NCBI GenBank assembly: GCA_964252035.1
Contig: OZ176206.1
Strand: one strand, 5' to 3'
DNA from: Podarcis erhardii
Taxonomy: Eukaryota
Length of the DNA: 64,000 nucleotides
This document shows, piece by piece, positions 24,462-34,840 of the stretch. Below the pieces are notes generated by a model that had not been told where the DNA came from, ran no database searches, and saw nothing but the letters and a program-made list of their open reading frames with translations. The position numbers and the translations under genes were made by a program. Positions within the stretch are counted from its first letter, which is position 1, and the number at the start of each line of letters is the position of its first letter.

Positions 24462-26076
24462 TATGACTCTGGAAAGAGTGCCTCTGGAAAGAGTGCCCTA
24501 AAAATGGCATTGACTGCCAGCAAGTTTTCAGACTCAATGTAGGATACTGGATCTAGTCTGCAGAGCCAACTGTGCCAACTTGGTCCTCTGCAGTCCAAAA
24601 CATCTGGAGGGCACAAGGTTGGCAAACAAAACTAAGACAAGGGATGAGGAAGCTGTGGTCCTCTAGATGCTGCAGAATTACAAAGGTCATCCTTGGCCAT
24701 TGGCCAGGCTGGCTAGGGCAGATGGAAGTTTAGAGTCAAACAACTTATGGAGGGCCACCATTTCCCTAGCCTTGCTTGGGGATGGGGGGGCTGTGCCCCT
24801 CGTGCTATTGTTGTCTTATAGCTCCCATCAGCCCCTGCCAGCCAGCATGGCCAATGGTCAAGGATGATGGGATTTGTAGTCCAACAACACTTGTAGTGCC
24901 ACAGGTTCCCCATCCCTGCTTTGAGTCTTTGATGCCACTTCTTCCTTAACTATCTTAAAAAAGGTCTCCCACATCTTACAGAAAGATTACAATTTCTCCT
25001 ACAAGGAACAGAGCCTTTTTTGGTTTGGCCCCCAAGATTTTGAAACAACTTACTGGAGATCCTTTACTGCTATTTTCCTGTTGATCTCCTGTAATGAGGT
25101 TACAGGTAATTTCCCTTAAGCAGGAAAATCAACTCATTCAATCTGTGTGCGCGGACAAAAAAGTTGCTGTTAGTAATTATTTTTCATATATGTGCTGGAG
25201 TCCATTTTGAAGGTGGGCTTTAAATCATGCATTGCCATCTGCAAGGCTGTAGGGCTTTGATAGCATGACTTAAGAGGCTCACATCCCTTATTGCTTGAAA
25301 ACTCACTTATCCTTGACTTTCTCCTGTTTGTCTTGGTAGAACTTTGCTTGAATAACCCATTTGTTGGGCTAACATAATATTGTCCTTGGCTTGCTGAAAA
25401 GTATCTTGATAGATGTGCATTTCCTGGTTCACTTTCTTCTTTGAAGACTTGCAAGGACACTTACTCCCAGCCCCCAGCCCCACAAAAATGAGGGAGGGAG
25501 GGGCCTGCTCTGCTCAAGTCAAAACCAACCTTGGTTAGAACTTTAGAGGGAAATGCTTCCTTATACCATATCCAAACATAAAATTCTACCTAAAATATAT
25601 AAAGGCAGAGTAGGAAACTGTCCAAAAAGCAAGATTCATTGAAAGTTTCACTTTTAAAAAAAATCATTACAGGCATACATGGAATTTAGAGAGGAAGGAG
25701 AGTCTTGGCTAGCCTGGTAGTAAAGAACTCATCTTGCAGGTAAGTGAGAAGGGCAGGAGAAGTGGCAAAGCAGCTAGAGAAGGGAATCCTCATCTTCGTC
25801 CTTCACACCATAACAGATGCAGAGGTGGACTTAAGGCAGCAGAACTGGTTCTAAGTCTAGGGGGTTGCCTCAGGGCACCACAACTATGATGTAGTGAACT
25901 GAGAACAGAACAGAACAGAAGCAGAACAGAAGGAGAGGGGCAGGGAGATGCTGAATTTGGGCCTTGCACAGGGCACTGCTGAAATTTGAAAAACCAAAGT
26001 CCACCCCTGACATCGATGGGGTGGGAGATTGACAGAGCAAGTTACTTAATGCTCTATCAGATACAACTCTAAGTGA

Positions 26077-26173
26077 AAACAAAATAAAAAAATTCCTTCC
26101 AGTAGCACCTTAAAGACCAACTGAGTTAGTTCTAGGTATGAGCTTTCGTGTGCATGCACACTTCTTCAGATAC
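26077..26173 (-). mobile_element. 5'-truncated Penelope-like retroelement 3' end
   Basis: Resembles the recalled reptile Penelope terminus (gtatctgaagaagtgtgcatgcacacgaaagctcatac...ttggtctttaaggtgctactggaagg plus a T-rich end). Flanked by AACTCTAAGTGA at 26065-26076 and 26182-26193. Confidence 0.7.
26136..26173 (-). ncRNA. Minimal type I hammerhead ribozyme motif
   Basis: Minus strand GUAU-CUGAAGA-A-GUGUG(CAUG)CACAC-GAAA-GC-UC/AUAC. Stem I is GUAU/AUAC, both core boxes are intact, stem II has 5 bp, the stem III region AGCU is palindromic, and the NUH triplet CUC predicts cleavage between 26140 and 26139. Confidence 0.75.
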
Positions 26174-26297
26174 TCTAAGTGAACTCTAAGTGAGTTCGAA
26201 TCCAACAAGAGCTGAAGGACCACAGGTTGTGTCTCACAACCTTGAACGCAGTGGCTAGTGGAGGGCAGCAAAATAGCATTCACAAATGGAAACACCC

Positions 26298-26720
26298 TAG
26301 AATCATAGAATTGTAGAGTTGGAAGGGATCCCTGCAATACACAGGAATCTCAACTAAAGCATCCATAACAGATGGTCATCCAACCTCTGATTAAAAACCT
26401 CTAATGAAGGAGAGTCCACAACTTCCTGGGAAACAGTTCTACTATCAAACAGCTCTTAATGTCAGAAAGCTCTTCCTGATGTTTAGTTGGAATCTCCTTT
26501 CTTGTAACTTGAAGCCATTGGTTCAAGTCCTACCCTTCTCTCACTTTCCTCTTTTCCAGGCTAAACATACCCAGCTCCTTTATCAGTTCCTCATAAAGCT
26601 TGGTTTCCAGAACCTTGATCATCTGGGTTTCTGCCTCTGCACACGTTCTAGGTTGGCAGTATCCTTCTTAAACTGTAGCACCCAGAACTGGACACAGTAT
26701 TCCAGATGTGGTATTACTCA
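26298..26720 (-). mobile_element. CR1 LINE 3' fragment
   Basis: Begins with the reverse complement of the CR1 terminal ATTCTATGATTCT motif (tagaatcatagaat) and continues with a typical CR1 3' region. Confidence 0.75.
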
Positions 26721-27234
26721 TGAGTATTAAAGTGATGCACTAATGCCAGTAAAACACATTACAACGGCACCCTTGAATTGACCACTTAATTCTTGATCCT
26801 CAAAAGATGAACTTATCCTATAGGAAATATTGACACCATCACAGAAATATGCCTCTTCCTTCACAGACAATAGAACAGGATGCAAGGCCACCAGCAAAAT
26901 CTCTTGCTGAGATCTAGCTACGTCATGAACAGAACTCTCTGAAGAGTTTATGTCCATGGGGAAATCCCATAAATAGATACAGAATGAGCCCTTAATACTA
27001 CTTGCTACAAACACAGAAAACAAAGCAATATTATTAGCAACGGTTGAGGTTCTATGTTGTTTTTTATTATTCTTATTTACTTTTTGGAGCAAACAAACTG
27101 AATACCACAAGCAAATATGTTTACACTCAAATTTAAATACAGCATGGAGCAAAGAGATGAATACTTTAGGTTGCTTGAACACACTTAAAAGAATAAAATG
27201 TTGAGAACTTGTTTATGTAGAGTCAAGCCAGGGC

Positions 27235-27569
27235 TGTACAGAAAGAACAGCTTATGACAGTAGGCTCCAATACAAGCCTACAGGATGGACTTGCTGGCCT
27301 GAGATTTGGTGATCCACACTGCACACACCTGACAGTGGTAGGAAAGGAAACTGCAGCCAATCAGCCCAAACTCAGGTGACCTGGGGAGCCAATAGGGGCT
27401 CTGTGGGCTGTATATTAGCTCTCTCTCCCAGGCCTGGCTCTCCAGTCTGAGCAATTTGTTGACGAGCTAAACAGATTTTACCTTACCTAAAGTTGCATCT
27501 ATTAGCCTTTCCATGAACCATAAACTCAACCAGCAAGTTTACTCTCTCCATGGGTCACCACTGTCCACA
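27235..27569 (+). mobile_element. Putative solo LTR
   Basis: TGTACA...CCACA, two CCAAT boxes (agccaatcag, agccaatagg), then TATA-like GTATATTAG. No clear TSD. Confidence 0.35.
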
Positions 27570-27598
27570 AGCTAGACTCTGCTCCAGCTCACACATAA

Positions 27599-27891
27599 AG
27601 GTAAAGGTGAAGGACCCCTGGATGGTTAAATCCAGTCAAAGGTGACTATGGGGTACAGCACTCATCTCCCTTCAGGCCAAGGGAGCCGGCGTTTGTCCAC
27701 AGACAACTTTCCAGGTCATGTGGCAATCATGACTAAACCACTTCGGGTGCACAGAGCGCACAGAAAAACTGTTTACCTTCCCACCATAGTGGTACCTATT
27801 TATCTACTTGCACTGGCGTGCTTTAGAACTGCTAGATTGGCAGAAGTAGGGACAGAGCAACGGGAACGCACCGTCGCATGGATTCAAATTG
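27599..27891 (-). mobile_element. Sauria SINE, 5'-truncated, more diverged subfamily
   Basis: Body homologous to the other copies with a short ACCTTT tail. TSD AGCTCACACATAA (27586-27598, 27892-27904). Confidence 0.85.
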
Positions 27892-29574
27892 AGCTCACAC
27901 ATAACACTAAGCCAAACCATGGCTAAATGTGAATGAGCAAGCATGAGGGTACTTTGCAGCTCCTTCACTTCTCCAGCAGCTAAGCCAAACAAACCATGAA
28001 TGGTAAGGCCAAGAACAAACCTTGACTACCTTGGCTCACAGTTGTTGAGAGCAAGAAAAGTCACAAGTCTGGGTTCACAAGTAATGCTAAGCCAAACCAT
28101 AGCTAAACTCCAAGTACTGCAGCAGCAGCAGCAAGACCCAGGAAGGAGCAAAGCAGCCATGATTTTCACTTGAAGCACTTGAACTCATGCTCTGTTGTGC
28201 TTAGCATGACATGCAAACCAAGCAAGAACTCTACCCCTACCCTACACCCAAAAAAAAGTATGTATCCAGTTTTTGCTTTAAAGTATTTTCTTTTTTAAGA
28301 AATAAGCAAATAAAAATGTGTAAACCTATGCAAGACAGAAAGCAATATTACTCCTGCCAATGTATAAACCGTCAAACATCCCTTCCCTGGTTTGTGGCTC
28401 TATTTGCTTCCCCTCTCTCAGCCATGCACACACAGAGCAGGTTTAGCACATCTCCAGCAAAGCGGGATCCCAACAAAGCAGCCCCCTTGCAGCCTGCCAA
28501 ATTTGCACAATATATTCTAGCTGCAGATTGTAGGATTGTTTTCCCTCCTGAGTTGCAGAACTGTTGCTTGAGCACAAAATTCCAAACCCCCTGATTAAAA
28601 GGACAGGAGGGGGAAAGGGGGAGATTTGGGGCAGGGGGTGGGGTTGGGAAGAGAGGGTGAGGGGAAAATCAATCGAGCAAACTCTCCCTCCTGTCAGGAG
28701 AAAAAGCTTTCTCGAAAACTAGAGGAGCCAATCACAAAGATAGGCAGGGGGGCAAACTACATGTCAGCTGGGGCGCAAAATATAACCGAGGGAGGGAATA
28801 AAAGGAGAGCGGGGCTTGGCTGGACTAATCCTCCAGCTCAGGATTAAGGGAGCCCAGTGGTCAGCGACAAGTTGGCCGCCACAGAAATGTTGCAGGCAAC
28901 ACCCTGAAGAACAAAGGCAGAACAAAGTCAGCGGGTCCCACAGCATGATTTTCCGTCTCTTCCCTGCTGGGCATGGAACACAGATGCTTCAGAGCACCAA
29001 AGCTCTCTTTGGGGACGGAGAGAGAAAGAGAATCAGGTGCCTTGGGAGGAGGGGAGGGAGTGAGGGGGGGAGGAGACCTTTGGCTGGGGACCAGTAGTCT
29101 TCGCTAACCCGCTGAGAATATACTTTCCAGCAGGCAGCAGAAATGGGGGGGGGGATATAAATTCACCAGGGACAAATAAATACGATGCTGTGCAAGGGGG
29201 GGAAGAAAAGCCAGAGCTCCATGAGGGATGACAGGAGCATGTGCAGATTGCCAGCTGCTGCAGAGACCAGCCTCAGCGCCATCCCACTGCTTGCAGCCGA
29301 AGGAAAGCCCTGCTGGGACAGACCAAAAGGTCCATCTCAGCCCAACATCCCACTTTGTGCCTTGAGCAGCTGGATGCCTCTGGGGAAAGACCACAAGCAG
29401 GGCTAAAAAGCATCAGTCCTCCTCGCCTGCTGTTGCTCCCCAGCAACCGGCATTCAGTGGCACAACTGCCTCTGAACATGGAGGTTCTCAAGTCATTTGC
29501 TATATCAGGAGGGGGCAAAAAAATGAAATACTGGTGGAAAATAACTTGAGAAATAATGTGGTATGTTAAAAATC

Positions 29575-30045
29575 AGGGACATAGGAAGCTGCCTTATTGT
29601 GGGTCAGAAAACTAGTCCATCTACCTTAGTGCTGTCTACATCAGTGGTCCCCAAACCTTTTCCCCAACAGGCCACTTGGAAATTGCTATGGGTCTTAGGC
29701 TTAAAGGTTTTTTTCCCTGCCGGTTGTAATGTACTATGCCAGATGCTGCATGCTTTTTTAATGGCGTTCTTACTGTTTCTTTTATTTCTTGTGCTGTATT
29801 TTGCTGTATCACAATGTGAATTCTACAGAATTCAAATTTTGGTGTTCTTCTCGCCATGGACCACCTGAATGAAGGGCCTCTGCTGGTCCATGGACTGTAG
29901 TTTAGTCTACACTAACTGACAGAGGCTCTCCAGAGATTCAGAAAGGGGACATTCCCATCCCTAACTTAAGATGCCACCGGGGATTGAACCGGGGACCCTC
30001 TACATGCAAAGCAAGTGCCCTACCACTAAGCTACAGCCCTTCCCT
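29575..30045 (-). mobile_element. tRNA-Ala-derived SINE interrupted by a hAT MITE
   Basis: Head ggggattgaaccggggaccctctacatgcaaagcaagtgccctaccactaagctacagcccttccc. The body is split at 29642-29904. Confidence 0.65.
29642..29904. mobile_element. hAT (Charlie-like) MITE nested in a SINE, right TIR mostly lost
   Basis: Left end CAGTGGTCCCCAAAC. Flanks GTCTACAT/GTCTACAC interrupt the SINE body. Confidence 0.55.
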
Positions 30046-30374
30046 TGGGGGCAGAAGGCTAACTAAACTAGGGGACTCCTAAGGGTCCTTTGCCCCAGGA
30101 GCCTTTTCCTCAATAGCAGGGATCATCCTTGGAATAGCTGAAGTCCACAAGCCTGCTTGGGAAGGGAAGGGGAGCCTTTAGGGAAGCGTCCATAGCTTAC
30201 CAGTAGAGTGAATGCTTTGCATTGAAAACGTACCCAGTTCTAACCCTTGGAATCTCTAGTCCAGTTTCTCCAGCTGTTTTTAGACTACAACTCCCATCAT
30301 CCCTGACTACTGGTCCTGCTAGCTCGGGATGATGGAAGATGCAGTCCAAAAACAGCTGGCACCCTTGCCATGAT

Positions 30375-30525
30375 AACACAGGAACCCACTGGTTCATCTA
30401 GTTCAGTATTATCTACACTGGCTGACTGATTTCAGACTGGGTTCTCTCCCAGCTCTACCTGGAGATGCCGGGGATTGAACCGGTGGCCTTCTGCAGCAGG
30501 TGGCCCACCACTATGCTAAGGCCCT
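30375..30525 (-). mobile_element. tRNA-Ala-derived SINE (partial)
   Basis: ctacctggagatgccggggattgaaccggtggccttctgc plus the shared body. Confidence 0.55.
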
Positions 30526-31446
30526 TCTTCATAAATGGTGTTCCTGCACCATTCCATGTGCAAGACCAAACTGGATTGGCACTTAAAACTTCTGCACTGG
30601 TAATGAGAGAATGCATCAAAAGGGTGGCAGTTTCACCCAGAGGTGGCAGAGAAGCTGTGTATTCTCACTGCCTCCTACCCCAGAAAATTCCAAACCATGC
30701 TAACCATGGGCACAGGGCCCAGAGCATCCCAACTGCAGCCCACCACCCTGGGAATCCAAAGCCCAGGTCAGACAGCACCTGCCACTGTGGAGGTATCCCA
30801 TCCTCCTGGGTGGTTGTTGTCAGATGAAGTATCCTGTTCCCAGGCAACAATCGGGAATCAGCATAAGAATGTCACATAGTCACTATTAATCTTCTCAATG
30901 TGGGGATAAAGAAAAAGAAGAAGAAAAAAACCAAAAAGTTTTTTTTAACAAAAACTCACAGTATTTGTTTAAATCCTCACTGACACTGCTGCTGATGCAG
31001 AAGAGAAGTGCTTTCAAAAATCACACCTTTTAAATACTTCCAAGCAGGAAAATGAGTGCTTGAGAGGAGATGGGTTTTAAAAAGCACCGTTTCTGCCACC
31101 TACAGAAAACCTTGCTCAGGTGTGCGTTTTGAAACAGCACGAGGGTGCTGGTTTCATGCTTCAAGATTCCTAGGTATTGCGTCTCCAGATGGTGGGACAT
31201 TAAAAAGAGAAAGAGAGAGGAGAAAGTACGAAGTAGAAAAACAGGTCAGAGAGTGGGTGGGAAGAGAAAAAAAGAAAATATGATCACTTTGATGAGGGCC
31301 TACAAAACAGAGGGTTTTGCTAGCTGCAGAGGTAACCAGCCGAGACAATTACTCCAGTAGCGGCCAGTAGACCATCTGCCTGATTCCCTGGGCTGCTGTT
31401 GTTGCCGGCTCAGCAGGGAACAAGCCCAGAGGAGACAGACCCTCAC

Positions 31447-31474
31447 TGTTTGGAAAGAAGCCATCTGCCCCCAT
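31447..31474 (-). CDS. ZNF423: Candidate alternative first coding exon of ZNF423 (MGADGFFPN-I-EEGE...)
   Basis: Minus strand gaggaATGG GG GCA GAT GGC TTC TTT CCA AAC A|GTGAGG. It has a good Kozak context and a phase-1 donor in frame with exon 2. A CT-rich leader, TATA-like TTTAAATA (31646-31653) and CCAAT (31683-31687) lie upstream. Inferred only. Confidence 0.4.
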
Positions 31475-31599
31475 TCCTCAGGCTGTTTGTTATTGCAGGC
31501 ATGGCAGGGGTAAATCCCTGGGAGACAGAGAGGTAAGGACTGGGCCAGGGGGTTGGGGGGGAGAGGGAGGGAGGGAGAGAGGGAGAGAGAGGGAGAGAG

Positions 31600-31720
31600 A
31601 AGGAGAGAGGGGGGGAGAGAGGGGGGGAGAGAAGGAAAGGGCCACTATTTAAAGGGTACAATCTATGCCCAGTCCACCAAAGCCAATGGCTGAAGGAGGG
31701 AAGGTTTAATAGACTTACTG
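31600..31720 (-). promoter_or_regulatory. Candidate internal promoter (CCAAT box, TATA-like element, pyrimidine-rich initiator region)
   Basis: CCAAT at 31683-31687 and TTTAAATA about 30 nt further along the minus strand, then a long CT tract. Confidence 0.35.
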
Positions 31721-32600
31721 GCCCAAACCCCATTTCAGCTTTTACTCCCTTCTGTTCTTCCAAAAAAAGATGGCTGTGTTTTGGGAGCTACTTCATATCT
31801 AATCACGTGTGAGCTGTGGTTTTTTTGTTTTGTTTTCCTTATTGCAGTTCCTCCTAGGAGCTCAAGGGGGCATCCATCCTTCTTTCTTCCCTTGTCACAA
31901 CAACCCTGTGAGGTAGGTTAGACTGGTGGATAGTGACTGGTCCTAGGGTCAACACACACGCACACACACAACAGTTGAATGGGGATTTGGATCCTGGTCT
32001 GCTAGTTCCTAGTCCAGCACTCTAACCACTATGCCATACTCTGCTTTGTATTGAAAGAAATCATTTCCAGAAGAGAGGGAGAGGGAAAGAATGAGAAGAG
32101 GAAATCCAGAAAAATTGGTTGGGAATCTAATCACCGTATTAATTTGATTCTTCATCTGAACATCTCAACATATGTATTGAATTCAGCTCATGAATTAGAT
32201 AAAGACAGACCTATGGAAGGTAGCACCAGGCCACTTCTGTAAGAGAGCCCAAAGTGGGCCTTGAACTGGGGACCTGGCAGGATTAAGGCAAAGATTCAGA
32301 CTATGTCTTCAATAGCCTGGGATTAGCAGAAGGTAGATCAGGATCCACTCAGAAACAGGGGTTTCAACTCCCAACTCAGCCATGAAGCCTAGCCTACCTC
32401 ACAGGATTGCAGTGAGGATAAAATGGAGAAGAGCAGAAGCATGTAGGCAACCTCAAGCTTCTTGGAGGGTCAAGATTCTTGGCCAAGAAGGTTAAATATA
32501 GTGGGCATTGCTTGACCAAAAAGGGTTGGCACATCAAATGAAGAGGCCTGGTGGGCCAAATTCTGCTCATGGGTAGGGCTGGGTGATAACTGGTTTTCAA

Positions 32601-32846
32601 GAGAGCCAGTGTGGTGAAGTGGTTAAGAGCAGCGGATTCATAATCTGGTGAACTGGGTTTGATTCCCCACTCCTCCACATGCAGCTGCTGGGTGACCTTG
32701 GGCCAGTCACACTTTTCTGAAGTCTCTCAGCCCCACTCACCTCACAGAGTGTTTGTTGTGGGGGAGGAAGGGAAAGGAGATTGTTAGCCGCTTTGAGACT
32801 CCTTAGGGTAGTGATAAAGCAGGATATCAAATCCAAACTCTTCTTC
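32601..32846 (+). mobile_element. tRNA-derived CORE-type SINE (Squam3-like), nested in a DNA transposon end
   Basis: Head gagagccagtgtggtgaagtggttaagagc...gggtttgattcccc with A/B-box-like motifs, CORE-like body and (CTT)n tail. 5-bp repeat TTCAA on both sides. Confidence 0.75.
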
Positions 32847-33439
32847 TTCAATATCACAATATATCACCAGCTAAACATCGCTATATGGCAATATATGACA
32901 ATATCTGAAATAAGGAAGGAACGAAGCAGAGGCAAACAGGACAATGTTGTGGCAACTGCTACTACTTTAGGGTCTAAAATGGATAAATGATGATATTATC
33001 AATCACCTCATGGTCACTTTCAGCAGCAGGCAAGTCAAAATGCATCCAAATGAGACTTTTGGGTTTGGGCTTGGCTACCAAATGGTGGTATTCAGGACAA
33101 TCCAAAGGACGGTGATGAGTCATAGTGAATACAAATCACCTAGGATTGCCAAACTGCCAGCAAACCTGCTAAGCGGCAGAAGTGGCAGCAGCATGGTGGG
33201 GGCAGAATAAACCACAGTGGGGAAGCGGGGCAGAAGCAGCGGCAGCCTGGCAACAGTCACACAATAATCAGCAGCCTGAGAAGCCTAACGATGGTAGTGG
33301 GTAGCAGCAGCAGAAACGGTGGCAGCCTGCAAGGCCTTGTCATCATGGCGGCAGTAGTGCTGGACTGCAAGGCCTCACTAAGGCATGCTGCCACAGCTTC
33401 CACCACTGCTTCCCACTACAGCCAGGAGGACTTGTAGAC

Positions 33440-34030
33440 CACCACTACTTCTTGTCAACATGGCGAGGCCTCACAAGCCCCACTGCTTGTGTCACCAGAA
33501 GGCCTCGCAGGCTGCCACTACTATTGCCATCTCCTGTTGCCACTGTGAGGCCTTGCAGGATGCCACTACTGCCATCACCACCTGTCACTGCTGTGAGGAC
33601 TCACAGGCCACTGTTGCTTCTGCTGCTGCTTCTTGTCACTGCTGCGAGGCCTCGCAGTCTGCTGCCACCACTCCTTGTCACTGCTGTGAGGCCTTGCAGG
33701 CTGCTGCCATTACTGCTACCACGTTCTGTTGCTGCCACAAGGCCTTGCAGGCTGGCGCTACTGCTTCCACCTGCTGTCACCGCCACAAAGCATTGCAGGG
33801 TGCTGTCACTGCCATCACTCCCTGTTACCGCCACAAGGCCTTGCAGGCTGCCACCACTACTGCCGCCATCTCCAATCGCTACTGCGAGGCCTCGCAGTCC
33901 ACTACCACTACCATTACTCTGTTGCTGCCATGAGGCCTTGCAAGTCATTGCCACTGCTGTCATGAGGCCTCACAGGCCACTGTCGCTACTGCCGCCACCT
34001 CCTATCACTGCTGTGAGTCCTCGCAGGCCT
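33440..34030. repeat. Degenerate GC-rich minisatellite (core GAGGCCTTGCAG, units about 42-51 bp)
   Basis: Recurrent cactgctgtgaggccttgcaggctgctgcc units. Inverted copies of the core occur at about 33290-33380. Confidence 0.85.
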
Positions 34031-34802
34031 CTGTATAGTTCCATCCTTATTTCAGACATTGTGGTAGATTGCAGTGTTTAACTGGTGGTTAACACTGCAG
34101 TGTTTAGCTGGTGACATTGTGAGGTTTAGCTGCCGGTAACATTGCAATGCTTAGCTGTTATAACAATGTTTAACTGGTGAGTTATCATGATGTGTAGCTG
34201 GTGAGTTATTGCGATCTTGAAAACCAGGTATTGCTTAGCCCTTACACACATTGTGATTTGTGATGTATTGCCAGCTCAAATATTTTGAAACAATTATCAC
34301 GATGCAAACTTCAAACCGGTTTTGGACGATACATCAATATATTGCCCAGCCCTACCATGGGTCAGAGGTTCCCCACCCTAATATAGGAGAAGGGGGTGTT
34401 TGTGTAGCAAATGTGGTGTCCTCTAAGATGTTGTTGGACTCCAACTCCAATCAACCCCAGCCAGCATAGCCAAAGGTCAGAGATGATGAGTGTTGGAGTC
34501 TGGCAACATCTGGAGGGTATCATGTTGACGGTCCCTTGAAGGCTTTCACCTTTAAAATGATGCAACCCAACTGCTATACACATCCTACTTACTGATCAGT
34601 CAATTGATAAGGTGTGTCATTCAACAGCTCTGACCAAAAAGGAAAGAAGAGGCACAGGAAGTTCAGCAAGGAGGCCTCTCAACAGTGATAGGTCAGAGGA
34701 AGTCAGGTGTTCCTACCTGACTTCAATAAATGCTTCCAGGTTAGAAATTCTTGATTTGACACTTCTTGCTGGCTACATACACCTCCCCTGTAGCTTATCA
34801 CG

Positions 34803-34803
<1 letters not shown>

Positions 34804-34837
<34 letters not shown>
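34804..34837. repeat. (CA)n microsatellite
   Basis: Read directly from the sequence. Confidence 0.95.

Positions 34838-34840
<3 letters not shown>

Larger units (their letters stand above)
32574..34354. mobile_element. Non-autonomous DNA transposon (hAT- or foldback-like) with long imperfect inverted ends and an internal minisatellite
   Basis: Ends TAGGGCTGGGTGATA / TATTGCCCAGCCCTA, with CATGGG in both flanks. The left subterminal region is the reverse complement of 34040-34245. No transposase is present. Confidence 0.7.

Noticed and set aside
26727-27182. 151-aa ORF (likewise the 152-aa ORF at 40723-41181 and the 140-aa ORF at 46800-47222)
   Set aside because: No recognisable domain or splice-bounded exon structure, and the lengths are compatible with chance in 64 kb across six frames.
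29970-30045. tRNA-Ala(TGC)-like sequences as tRNA genes (also at 2511, 5660, 13050, 30460, 56690)
   Set aside because: The stems are degenerate, and each head continues into a shared non-tRNA body, so these are SINE heads.
31375-31530. EBF/Olf-1 sites (TCCCTGGG) suggesting feedback on ZNF423
   Set aside because: They do not fit the full TCCCNNGGGA spacing, and such partial matches are expected by chance.
33385-33933. Cys/His-rich ORF as a metallothionein or keratin-associated gene
   Set aside because: It lies inside a TIR-bounded element, overlapping frames are also open, and no promoter or poly(A) context is evident. Kept only as a speculative finding.
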